46,566 bases of DNA from an uncultured archaeon (GTDB lineage Archaea > Asgardarchaeota > Lokiarchaeia > Sigyniarchaeales > SOKP01): positions 1 to 46,566 of the forward strand of contig CAZDTP010000029.1 in assembly GCA_964508365.1 (NCBI GenBank), given 5' to 3'. Below, piece after piece: positions 17,820 to 27,378 of the stretch. The notes under the pieces were generated by a model that was given only the letters and a program-made list of their open reading frames with translations, did not search any database and was not told the origin of the DNA. The position numbers and the translations under genes are program-made. Numbering within the stretch: the first letter of the stretch is position 1; each line of letters opens with the position of its first letter.

Positions 17820-19112
17820 GTGATAATTAATTTGGAACTAAATATCAGTAAAGAAGATTCAGATTATATGTACGAAATTATTAGAAGAATAATTGAGGAA
17901 TGTGGGCCTAGAATGCCATGTAGTTCGCAAGAGGCTCAAAGTGCTGAGATCATCAAAAAAGAATTAGAAAAAACGTGTGATGATGTAGCATTAGAATCTT
18001 TCTCTTGTAACCCTCGAGCGTTTTTAGGGTATATAAAACTAGATATAATATTAGTTCTTACATCCTTTTTAGCGTTTTTTCTGATACCACTTAATCTAAT
18101 AAATTATTGGGGGTACTTGATGACATTAATTTCTTTCTCTTTAAACTTGATTTCGTTTTTAATTTTATGGAACGAATTTTTCAACTATCGTGAGTTTATT
18201 GATCCTTTATTTAAATCTAAAAACTCTCAAAATGTTGTAGGAAGAATACATCCTAAAGATGAAGTTAAAAGGATATTAATTTTTTCAGGTCACCATGATA
18301 GTGCACTTGAGTTTAATTTATTAACCCGTCTAAAGATAGGTTATCCCGTATTGATTCTACTTGGCATTAGCATAATGATCATATGGCTTGTTACCTCACT
18401 AATAATAGTTCTGTTAATCCTCGTAAATCTATTTTATTACGAATTATTTATCGTATTTATCCTCACACTTTTCATTATTGGTATCCCTGCGTTTATAGGC
18501 TTGTTTTTCTTCGTATCCTTCGGGGATAAAGCAAACACGGTACCAGGCGCTGTTGACAATTTAAGTGCAGTAGCAATTGTATTAGCTGTTGGTAAAATCC
18601 TCAAAAAAAATAAAGAAATCGTCCCTAAAAACACTGAAATTAGATTAATTTCTTTCGGTTGCGAAGAAGCTGGTCTAAGGGGAGCTTTCAGATATGTTTC
18701 TGCGCATTTTAACGAATTAAAGAAGTACGAAGCGGAGTGTGTAAATATGGACGCTATTCAGAGCAAAGATTACATTTCTATCATCGATTTTGAGCCTTCA
18801 ACGAGAACTAAGCATTCTGATGTTATGGTCAGAAAATTAAAAGAAGCTGCAAAAAGTGCAAATATAAAGGTGAATGAGTCTGCACTAGGAGGATCGGGGA
18901 AGACGGAGAAGATAATAGGTCAAATTACGGGCGGTACTGATGCTACAGCCTTTTCAAAAGCAGGAGTTAAAGCCGCAAATATATCTGCGATGGATCTTAA
19001 GAAAATGCTTCAATTTTATCACCAACCCACGGATACTCTCGATAAAATTGAAAAAGAAGCCCTTGAGCGCGTTTTAAAGATTTGTATTGCTTACATTACT
19101 AACGAATCATAA
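17820..19112 (+). CDS. M28 family metallopeptidase with transmembrane inserts (start may be TTG 17832)
   Basis: Zn ligands GHHDSA, GAVDNLS, GCEEAG, NMD and YHQPTD, interrupted by two hydrophobic hairpins. Confidence 0.85.
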   Translation: MIINLELNISKEDSDYMYEIIRRIIEECGPRMPCSSQEAQSAEIIKKELEKTCDDVALESFSCNPRAFLGYIKLDIILVLTSFLAFFLIPLNLINYWGYLMTLISFSLNLISFLILWNEFFNYREFIDPLFKSKNSQNVVGRIHPKDEVKRILIFSGHHDSALEFNLLTRLKIGYPVLILLGISIMIIWLVTSLIIVLLILVNLFYYELFIVFILTLFIIGIPAFIGLFFFVSFGDKANTVPGAVDNLSAVAIVLAVGKILKKNKEIVPKNTEIRLISFGCEEAGLRGAFRYVSAHFNELKKYEAECVNMDAIQSKDYISIIDFEPSTRTKHSDVMVRKLKEAAKSANIKVNESALGGSGKTEKIIGQITGGTDATAFSKAGVKAANISAMDLKKMLQFYHQPTDTLDKIEKEALERVLKICIAYITNES

Positions 19113-19156
19113 AATAGATTTAGTGTAAGTCCAAGAAAAATAATTTTTGGATAATG

Positions 19157-21766
19157 TTACCTTGGTTCTTCTTTAACAACTAGTTTGACTAATAATATCC
19201 CTAAAACAGAAGGGATTATTCCAACGCCTATAATTGCAAATAATACTAAATCAACGATACTATCGAATGTAAAATATATAAATAATTGCCCTAAACTATC
19301 TATTAAATAATGTAAAATAATAGAAGGGATTAAACTCTTAGTTTTAATAAAAAGATAGCCAAAGAGAAAGCCTAACAGTGAAGCGTAGATTACCTGTAAC
19401 CCTGTTAAAACCAAATATTGTCCTACTAAGAGGTTAAAAAAATGGAATAAACCAAATAATATGGATACGACAATTAATACCGTTGTTCGAGAATATTTTC
19501 TTAAATTTAAAGTAGAAATTACCCCTCTAAAAGAAACTTCCTCCCAGATTCCTGGAATTAACATTATTATAAAAATAAACCATCCAAAGATCGAAATACT
19601 AGTTCCAGGATTCCCAAAAATTACATCTAAATCGAAAGTATAAGTACCAAATATTTTTCCAGTAATATATACGCTAATGAAATATATTAGTGAGCAGCTA
19701 ATTCCAAGAAAAATATTGCGTCCTATTTTTCTATCAGGTTTTAGTCCAATAGTTTTAACGTATTCTTTTAAAGATTCTTTTCCATTTGGAAGACCTAGGG
19801 ATCTTCGAACAATCAATAACCAAAGCAATGCCATTACACCAAAAGTTACGAAGAAATCAATAAAACGCAATACAATTAAAGGTATATTTTCAAATATCAA
19901 GAAGAAAGGCAATTCAATTAATCCAGGTAAGAATAAAAATCCAGCATACAAAAATAATAAATTTACAGTCCCAAATAATGGGTATTTACGGAATATTTCT
20001 CTAATACTTATAGTGTGTCTCTTTTCCAATTCTTTTGGAAACATACTATTGAAAGAAAGCAATAAAACGCCTAAAGCGAGGATTCCACCAATAAAAGTTT
20101 CGAAAAACATCAAACTCGGACCAAAAAATAATAACAAAATGCCACCCATGAAGTTGAAAGCAAAGAAAATTAGATACTGAACTACTCCCATTATGAACCA
20201 TTTTGTTACCTTTTTCTCAGGAGTAAACTCCTCCACTACAAATTTATATTTCATTCTGCCAAAAAATCTTATTTTCATCTGAAACATTGACAGTAGCAGG
20301 GTTAATACAACGGGATAATAAGAAATAAATGAAAACAAATAACTAAGGAAATCTGGATTTCCTATGAACAAGATAATAGGTAAGAAAAACGAAATTGTTT
20401 GAATTGAACCTAATAATAATAATTTCGCTTTCGCTTGGTCGCGAGTACGTATTGGTAAGGACGAGAGAATCGATGCACCAGTATCTTCCATATTTAAAAA
20501 TCCCGAAGTAAGCATCATTGAAATCATAGGTTGATAAAGAGTTACTAGAGCCCAAATTATAATGAAATCTTCAATAAATGAATCCATAAGCCCTGTAGGG
20601 CTGATAAATATCGGGATTAATGTCATAAACGGAAGAATAAAGGGCATTATAATGAACATAAAAGTCTGAATATCTCTTGTAGATGTAGATAAATCTTTAC
20701 GGATATAGGCTTTAATAGGCGTTCGGGACTCGATTAAAACCTCAATAGGTTTTTCAGAGATTTTTTTTGAAGATGATGATTGTTTCGCTTCAAGAGACGC
20801 TGATGAAGTTACCATTCTCATAGCTCTTAAAGCCCTTCTATAAATAAAAAAGGTTAATAATATAGAAAGACCAACTCCAAATAAAGCTGAGACCCATAAA
20901 ATTGGAGTAAAGCTTAACGGCTCCATGGACATAAACATTAAAAATCCAGACGAAAAAAGGAATGGAATTAAACTCATGATTATATTAACTATCAGTGGAA
21001 TATCTAAAAAAGCCATCAAATTAATAAAGTCTCCTGCTGCAGTGATTATCCATTGCATGAAAAACGAAGCAGAAAAGATGACTACCATATAACTTAACAT
21101 TGTGAAAATTCGAATGAGAGTGGCTTTCCGAGAACCTGCTTCGCTGATTTTTAGTATGCTACTTATCTTTCCCGCTATTAATACAAGTATACTAAAAGAA
21201 AACATAACATAAATAACAGAAATCACCAGAGCGACTAGTGTTAACAGGATGTTAAGAGAGATAACGAAAATTATTATAGGAAAAGCAAGAATCATAGTAA
21301 TAAGTCCTACATCTAAGTTGCGGAAAACGGTCATAAAACCTAACTTTCTTAACTTTTCCTTGGATAACGGAAGCGTTTCATACCATCTAAACGCATCTCC
21401 AGACATCATAGCGCCGATAGCGAACATTCCGAGCATGATGAGGTAAAGTAATTGCATCAAATTAAAAGATCCAAATAGGATGCTTCCAGGAATCAATACA
21501 GAATCTGGGATTATAACTGGATTGCTAAGCATGGATATTACCTGAAAATAGGTACTAATAGTAGGTAAAACACCTATAAAAAAAAGCATCGTAGCAAAAA
21601 CTATTTTCATTGCAATCGCTTGCTGTTTAATCGAACCTTTATTTTTCTTATATTTTTCCATAAGACGAGCTTGGTTTGCACCACTAGATTGAACTTGGGA
21701 CTCCATCACAATTTCTAGATTAGTATATTTTGCAAGCTTATAAAGTCCCATTTCCTTTTCTGTCAT
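19157..21766 (-). CDS. ABC-2-type exporter permease fused to a CPBP (Rce1/Abi, CAAX-type) intramembrane protease, copy 2
   Basis: Two TM blocks are separated by AYIRKDLSTSTRD. The C-terminal region carries WEEVSFRG, FGLFH and HYLID. Confidence 0.8.
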   Translation of the reverse strand: MTEKEMGLYKLAKYTNLEIVMESQVQSSGANQARLMEKYKKNKGSIKQQAIAMKIVFATMLFFIGVLPTISTYFQVISMLSNPVIIPDSVLIPGSILFGSFNLMQLLYLIMLGMFAIGAMMSGDAFRWYETLPLSKEKLRKLGFMTVFRNLDVGLITMILAFPIIIFVISLNILLTLVALVISVIYVMFSFSILVLIAGKISSILKISEAGSRKATLIRIFTMLSYMVVIFSASFFMQWIITAAGDFINLMAFLDIPLIVNIIMSLIPFLFSSGFLMFMSMEPLSFTPILWVSALFGVGLSILLTFFIYRRALRAMRMVTSSASLEAKQSSSSKKISEKPIEVLIESRTPIKAYIRKDLSTSTRDIQTFMFIIMPFILPFMTLIPIFISPTGLMDSFIEDFIIIWALVTLYQPMISMMLTSGFLNMEDTGASILSSLPIRTRDQAKAKLLLLGSIQTISFFLPIILFIGNPDFLSYLFSFISYYPVVLTLLLSMFQMKIRFFGRMKYKFVVEEFTPEKKVTKWFIMGVVQYLIFFAFNFMGGILLLFFGPSLMFFETFIGGILALGVLLLSFNSMFPKELEKRHTISIREIFRKYPLFGTVNLLFLYAGFLFLPGLIELPFFLIFENIPLIVLRFIDFFVTFGVMALLWLLIVRRSLGLPNGKESLKEYVKTIGLKPDRKIGRNIFLGISCSLIYFISVYITGKIFGTYTFDLDVIFGNPGTSISIFGWFIFIIMLIPGIWEEVSFRGVISTLNLRKYSRTTVLIVVSILFGLFHFFNLLVGQYLVLTGLQVIYASLLGFLFGYLFIKTKSLIPSIILHYLIDSLGQLFIYFTFDSIVDLVLFAIIGVGIIPSVLGILLVKLVVKEEPR

Positions 21767-21779
21767 GATCGGCCTACAC

Positions 21780-22574
21780 TTAGTTTCTGTCGCTAAAAGA
21801 TTTTCTCAACTTTTTTACTATCTCGTTTACGCTTACATCTTGTTCTGTTAATCTTAAGAATACATCTTCTAGATTAGCTCCTAGCTGATCGGCCTGCTGC
21901 CTTAAATCATCCATAGATCCAATTCCTACAATCCTTCCTTGATTCATTATCGCGATGCGATCACACAAATCTTCTGCAATTTCCATAATATGAGTCGAAA
22001 ATAATACCGCGCCACCATTCTCGATATGAATATCTAAGATTTCCTTAACAACTTTTACAGACTTTGCGTCAAGCCCCGAAAGTGGTTCGTCTAAAATGAG
22101 TAAATCGGGATCGTGGAGGATTGAAGAAATTATTTGAATTTTTTGTTTATTTCCATGAGAAAGAGTAGCAACTAACTGCTCGTAGTATTCTAAAGCACCT
22201 AAACTCTCCAAGTATTCTTGAGCTCTTTCTGAAGTTTCTTCTGGATTTAATTTGCGTATTGACGCAATAAAATTGAAGAGGTCCTTTGGAGTCAAACTTT
22301 TAAAGATAAGAGGCTCCTCCGAAACGTAGCCCACACGACTCTTAATTTGAACTTCATCTATTTCGGGATTTAAATCCATAATTTTAATGGTGCCTTCGTT
22401 TGGTTCGAGTAACCCTAATAATAATTTAATAGTAGTGGTTTTACCGGCTCCGTTGGGTCCTAAAAGACCAAAAACTTCTCCCTTTTTTACATCAAACGAA
22501 ATCCCATTGACTGCTTTTACATCCCCAAAAAATTTCTTTAGTTCGCTTACAGAAATCATAACATTATCATTCAT
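21780..22574 (-). CDS. ABC transporter ATP-binding protein, copy 2
   Basis: GPNGAGKTT, LSHGNKQK, LLILDEP, SGLD and FSTH. Confidence 0.95.
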   Translation of the reverse strand: MNDNVMISVSELKKFFGDVKAVNGISFDVKKGEVFGLLGPNGAGKTTTIKLLLGLLEPNEGTIKIMDLNPEIDEVQIKSRVGYVSEEPLIFKSLTPKDLFNFIASIRKLNPEETSERAQEYLESLGALEYYEQLVATLSHGNKQKIQIISSILHDPDLLILDEPLSGLDAKSVKVVKEILDIHIENGGAVLFSTHIMEIAEDLCDRIAIMNQGRIVGIGSMDDLRQQADQLGANLEDVFLRLTEQDVSVNEIVKKLRKSFSDRN

Positions 22575-22607
22575 TCTACATCAACATATTAAAAATTTTA
22601 AATTTTT

Positions 22608-25241
22608 TTATTGTTTATTAATTAAAAAGTCTTTATTTTGATCCTTCCAAAAAACCAATTTTGTTAAACCAATATTCAGAATTGCTGGAATAACGCCTAA
22701 AAATATGATTAAAAATACTCCCATGAGAAAAATGTTTTCGATGTAAACATTTAGAAAAATAAGTCCTATTGTATCAATTAAGTAATGATAAATAATGCTT
22801 GGAAGCAGACTTTTAGTTTTTATATACATATATCCCATAGAAAAACCAATCAGGGTTGTATATATAACCTGAAATAGCGTATAAATATAATCTCCACCCG
22901 ATAATAAAACCCCTATAATGTTAAATGCGTGTGCTAATCCAAAAATAACCCCACTTATTAGAATCGTAAATATTTTTTTATATTTTTTTGAAAGAAGAGG
23001 TATAACAACGCCTCGAAATGCCACTTCCTCCCATAACCCTGGCCTAATCATAAAAATCCAAATAAACCAACCAAGCAGAAAAGGATAAGGATTTGGATTT
23101 CTAAACAAGAACTCAGGAGCAAAATGAAATACTCCTAAAAGATTAGCACCAATAAACAAAGTACAACAAAGAATAGCAGAAGAGCCAAATCCAACAATAA
23201 GGTTTCGAACTAAAGGTTTAACCCTTGTTAAACCGATTGTGTTAGTATAACCTAGAATTGTATCATCTTTGCAAGGCAATTTCATTCCTTTTGGAACTAT
23301 TAGGAGGAATAAAAGCGCTATAAAACCCTCAATCAGGAAGAATTCTACGAATAAGATCCCAATAAATTCTAACCCCATAATGAGGGGAAGAAAAATAATC
23401 TCAATAAAAGTTGCAATCCATGGAAATAATATGAATAAAAGCATTATTACGATACCTCCAAGAATAGGTTTATTTCTCAGTAATCCCCTTGTTTCAAACT
23501 GTGGTAACTTATCAACATTCGGGAACATTTTAGTAAAAGTGTAAACAAGTACAGATAATCCAACAAATCCTAAGAAATACAGTATGAGTATGGCGGGTGT
23601 AATTCCTAGAGTAATGAAAAAAGTAAATCCAAGTATCAGAATAAAAATACAGACTCCTACATCAGCAGCAACTATAGATACCCATCTCACTAATTTATTT
23701 TTAATAATAATTTGCTCAAGCACATATTTGTATTTCATTGTACCAAATAATCGTACCTTCATTTGAAATACAAACAAAAGTAAAGTCCATGTAATCGGTA
23801 AGCTAGCTAATATTAAAATAAAAACATTTACAGATTGGGTTATTATTGTTAAAACTATAGCCATGAGACTCATAGAAATTCCATGTATGATTAACATAAG
23901 TACTAATTTTGCTTTCGCTTGATCCCGGGGCAAAAGAGGTAATGATGCAAGCGTGGAGGAACCAGATTCTTCCATATTTAGTAAACCTCCTACTAACATC
24001 AATGGTATAAATTGGCTTGATATCATAATAATAGCCCACAAAATCATAATACTAAAAGATGAAGACACTTCCATCCTTATAACTTGTTGCATCGATAAAA
24101 TCATAATCATTGGGTAGATAAGCGGCATTAATATAAAAATTAAAGATTGATAATCTCGCATCGAAGAAATTAAATCTTTACGAATATATGATTTAATGGG
24201 GGATGTTGATTTTACTTCTATTAATATTGGTTTAACCTTTTTTTTTACATCTTTCTTAGTTCTTGAGGAATCTAAATCAAAAGTAGCAACGCTCGATAAA
24301 GACCTGATTGCTATTTTGTAAGTTAGGAAAGTTAGCCCCGCTAAAAACCCCATCCCCACTATAGTTGAGGCCCATAGACTTAATGGAACTTGGTCAGGGA
24401 TCATACTTAAACTCACCAAATATCCTGGTGCAAACGGTAGTGGGATAACGCTTAGGATCATGTTTAATCCCATTGCAGGAGGATTTGTACTAAAATCAGC
24501 TATAAGAGAATATATGGCGTTTAACCCGAACTGCAGAACAAAACTCGAACCAAACGCTATAAAGAAAAAACCCATTAGTGAGAGTATTCTTAAAAAATTA
24601 GCTTTACCTGATTTTCTATTCGATTCTGAGAACACCCGGCTGAACTTTTCCCCAACAATAATTAAAATACTCGCTCCAAATATAGTTATAAGAAAAGAAG
24701 AAATAAGGCACATAAAAAAGGCAAAAATATTTTGCGTTATAACAAAGAAAATTATTGGAAAAGCAAATGTCATTACTATTAGTTGTATATTTAGGTTTCT
24801 AAACAGTGTCATAAAACCTAACTTTTTTAAATCCTTTCGAGATAATGGTAATGTATGCAACCATTTAAAGGCAGAACCTGACATCAATGAACTTATTGCA
24901 AACAATCCAAAAAGGAATAAATACAATATAGATATGATTAAAAATATCCACACAAAAAAACTAATTAAATATATTCTCCCTTCTACAGGATAGAACGGGT
25001 TAATACCTTCAGAAATTGCAAAATACATCATGATTGAAAGAAGAGGCATTAGCACCATTAAAAGACCTGAGAAAAACTTTAACAATGTTGCTTGCTTACT
25101 TACATATTTTGCATTTTTCTCACACCTCTCGAGCAATTTGGATTGATGTGCTCCTGATGATGCTAGTTGAGAATCTAAAATCATCTCAAAATTTGTAAAT
25201 TTTGACAACGAATAAATGTTTAATCCTTTTTTTTCTTCCAC
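22608..25241 (-). CDS. ABC-2-type exporter permease fused to a CPBP intramembrane protease, copy 1 (GTG start)
   Basis: SYIRKDLISSMRD; C-terminal WEEVAFRG, FGLAH and HYLID; paralog of 19157..21766. Confidence 0.8.
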   Translation of the reverse strand: MEEKKGLNIYSLSKFTNFEMILDSQLASSGAHQSKLLERCEKNAKYVSKQATLLKFFSGLLMVLMPLLSIMMYFAISEGINPFYPVEGRIYLISFFVWIFLIISILYLFLFGLFAISSLMSGSAFKWLHTLPLSRKDLKKLGFMTLFRNLNIQLIVMTFAFPIIFFVITQNIFAFFMCLISSFLITIFGASILIIVGEKFSRVFSESNRKSGKANFLRILSLMGFFFIAFGSSFVLQFGLNAIYSLIADFSTNPPAMGLNMILSVIPLPFAPGYLVSLSMIPDQVPLSLWASTIVGMGFLAGLTFLTYKIAIRSLSSVATFDLDSSRTKKDVKKKVKPILIEVKSTSPIKSYIRKDLISSMRDYQSLIFILMPLIYPMIMILSMQQVIRMEVSSSFSIMILWAIIMISSQFIPLMLVGGLLNMEESGSSTLASLPLLPRDQAKAKLVLMLIIHGISMSLMAIVLTIITQSVNVFILILASLPITWTLLLFVFQMKVRLFGTMKYKYVLEQIIIKNKLVRWVSIVAADVGVCIFILILGFTFFITLGITPAILILYFLGFVGLSVLVYTFTKMFPNVDKLPQFETRGLLRNKPILGGIVIMLLFILFPWIATFIEIIFLPLIMGLEFIGILFVEFFLIEGFIALLFLLIVPKGMKLPCKDDTILGYTNTIGLTRVKPLVRNLIVGFGSSAILCCTLFIGANLLGVFHFAPEFLFRNPNPYPFLLGWFIWIFMIRPGLWEEVAFRGVVIPLLSKKYKKIFTILISGVIFGLAHAFNIIGVLLSGGDYIYTLFQVIYTTLIGFSMGYMYIKTKSLLPSIIYHYLIDTIGLIFLNVYIENIFLMGVFLIIFLGVIPAILNIGLTKLVFWKDQNKDFLINKQ

Positions 25242-25242
25242 T

Positions 25243-26049
25243 TTAAGCAGACTCCTCTATTTTTTTCTTGTAAGATTTCCTTAACTTCTTTACAATCTCT
25301 TCTACAGAAGAATCTTCTTCAGTTAATCTGAGAAATACATCTTCGAGACTTGCTCCAACTTTATCAGCTTGATTCCTAAGCTCCTCAATCGTTCCAAGCC
25401 CTACTAATGTACCTTTATTTATTATCGCTATGCGATCACATAGATCTTCTGCTATTTCCATAATGTGGGTAGAAAAAAGCACTGCTCCACCTTTTTCAAT
25501 ATGCATTTCTAATATTTCCTTTACCACTCTTACAGATTTCGCGTCAAGTCCTGCTAATGGTTCATCCAATATCAAGAGCTCTGGTTCATGTAGTATAGAG
25601 GCTATAATTTGCATTTTTTGTTTGTTTCCATGTGATAAAGTTGCAATCATTTGTTCGTAATATTCCGTCGCTCCTAAACTTTCGAGGTATTCTTGTACCA
25701 TCTTGGTTGCTTCGTTTGCATCTAATCTACGGATCGAAGCGATAAAATTAAACAAGTCCTTAGGTGTAAGTGATTTGAATATTAACGCTTCTTCAGAAAC
25801 ATAACCTACTTTCTTTTTCATTAAAACCTCTTCACGTTCTGGATTTAAACCGAGAACACTTATGAAACCCTCCATCGGTTCTAGTAGTCCTAACAAGAGT
25901 TTAATAGTAGTTGTTTTTCCAGCCCCGTTTGGTCCCAGAAGTCCAAAAATTTCTCCTTTATGAACATCAAAAGAAATACCGTTAACCGCTTTAATTTCGC
26001 CAAAATATTTTTTTAAATCTTTCACAGAGATTATTTTATCGTCTATCAT
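25243..26049 (-). CDS. ABC transporter ATP-binding protein, copy 1
   Basis: GPNGAGKTT, LSHGNKQK, LLILDEP, AGLD and FSTH. The stop lies 1 nt before the next GTG start. Confidence 0.95.
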   Translation of the reverse strand: MIDDKIISVKDLKKYFGEIKAVNGISFDVHKGEIFGLLGPNGAGKTTTIKLLLGLLEPMEGFISVLGLNPEREEVLMKKKVGYVSEEALIFKSLTPKDLFNFIASIRRLDANEATKMVQEYLESLGATEYYEQMIATLSHGNKQKMQIIASILHEPELLILDEPLAGLDAKSVRVVKEILEMHIEKGGAVLFSTHIMEIAEDLCDRIAIINKGTLVGLGTIEELRNQADKVGASLEDVFLRLTEEDSSVEEIVKKLRKSYKKKIEESA

Positions 26050-26311
26050 TATATGTTTTCCCTTAAATATTAAAACACGGCTTCTATTATAATTACGATA
26101 ATAAAATTATCGATTTGAATATATTTATTTATATTTTAATCTATATCTCTTCAATATATAAATGTTATGAAATTTGCTTCCACTTTAAAAGTTGACATGT
26201 AAACAACTTCTAGTAAGTATTAGTTTAGCATATATGAATATATTTAAATATATTAAAATTTCAAATTTCCGCAATCTGTTTGTTTAAGTTGTAATAATAC
26301 TAAAAAATTGT

Positions 26312-27283
26312 TTACATCTTTCTGTTATTCTTCTGCTTTACGATAAAAACTATTGAAAAGACAACTATTATCGATCCAATTAAATGAAAAATTGTAAAAA
26401 GCTCACCCAATAAGAAAGTGGCAAATATGGCGGTAACAATTGGAGTGGGCGAGAAGATTATTGTAGCGTTCGATACATCCAAGTATGAGAGTGCTTTGTA
26501 CCAAAAAAAAAGTCCCAGTCCATAAACAGACCCCATTAATACAAAATAGAAAGTATTATATGGGTTATAAAAAACACTAAAATCTAATGGTGAAAAAATA
26601 ACGAATGTAATTATTAATATGATTCCACTTAATATATTTCGAATGAAAACCATCTGAATAGGGGTGATTTCTTTTCTAACAAACAAAGGTTTAGTTATAG
26701 TATGCCCAAACATCCACATCGCAGTTATTAACAATACTATAAAAACACCTATCAAAATCTCAGCGTTAAAACTAAGAAAATTGAATGATCCTTGAGTTAT
26801 TGCTAATACTAGGCCGAAAAAAAGGATAACCGAAAAAATGATTTGAACTCTCGATACTTTTTCTTTTAACAACAGAAATCCATATATTAATCCAAAGAAT
26901 ACAGAGGTTTTTTGAGTTAACGAACCATTAATTGCTCCAGCTAGTTTATATCCTACGAAGTATAAAAGCTGATTTATTCCAAATATTATACCTATAAGTA
27001 GCAATAACCAAAAATTTTTCCGTAAGCTTCGAATAAGTGAAATTTCTGGAATTAAATTAGTATTTGGCTTCTTTTTCTTCTTATTCATATGTGTCTCCAA
27101 AAGCATTATGGGAAGAAAGATAAACGCCTCGATCAAGCATGTCATAGCAGCGAATGCGTGCGAATCGATTGATTTAGCCGAATTTGCTACAATTGGTTGA
27201 AATCCAACGAAAACAATTCCTAAAATTCCAAAAATTAAACCTTTTCTTAAATCACTGCTCAAGATATCTAAGAAAAACATCAA
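26312..27283 (-). CDS. EamA/DMT family transporter
   Basis: About 10 TM helices in two EamA repeats (FLLLKEKVS; FLLGELFT..HLIG). Confidence 0.88.
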   Translation of the reverse strand: MMFFLDILSSDLRKGLIFGILGIVFVGFQPIVANSAKSIDSHAFAAMTCLIEAFIFLPIMLLETHMNKKKKKPNTNLIPEISLIRSLRKNFWLLLLIGIIFGINQLLYFVGYKLAGAINGSLTQKTSVFFGLIYGFLLLKEKVSRVQIIFSVILFFGLVLAITQGSFNFLSFNAEILIGVFIVLLITAMWMFGHTITKPLFVRKEITPIQMVFIRNILSGIILIITFVIFSPLDFSVFYNPYNTFYFVLMGSVYGLGLFFWYKALSYLDVSNATIIFSPTPIVTAIFATFLLGELFTIFHLIGSIIVVFSIVFIVKQKNNRKM

Positions 27284-27378
27284 AAAATTAAAAACTTTTA
27301 CAATAGAGAAGAAAAGAGCAGAACAATCTTGAATTAAAGAAAAACATTATTATTGATTAACTCTTTACATAATAGATT

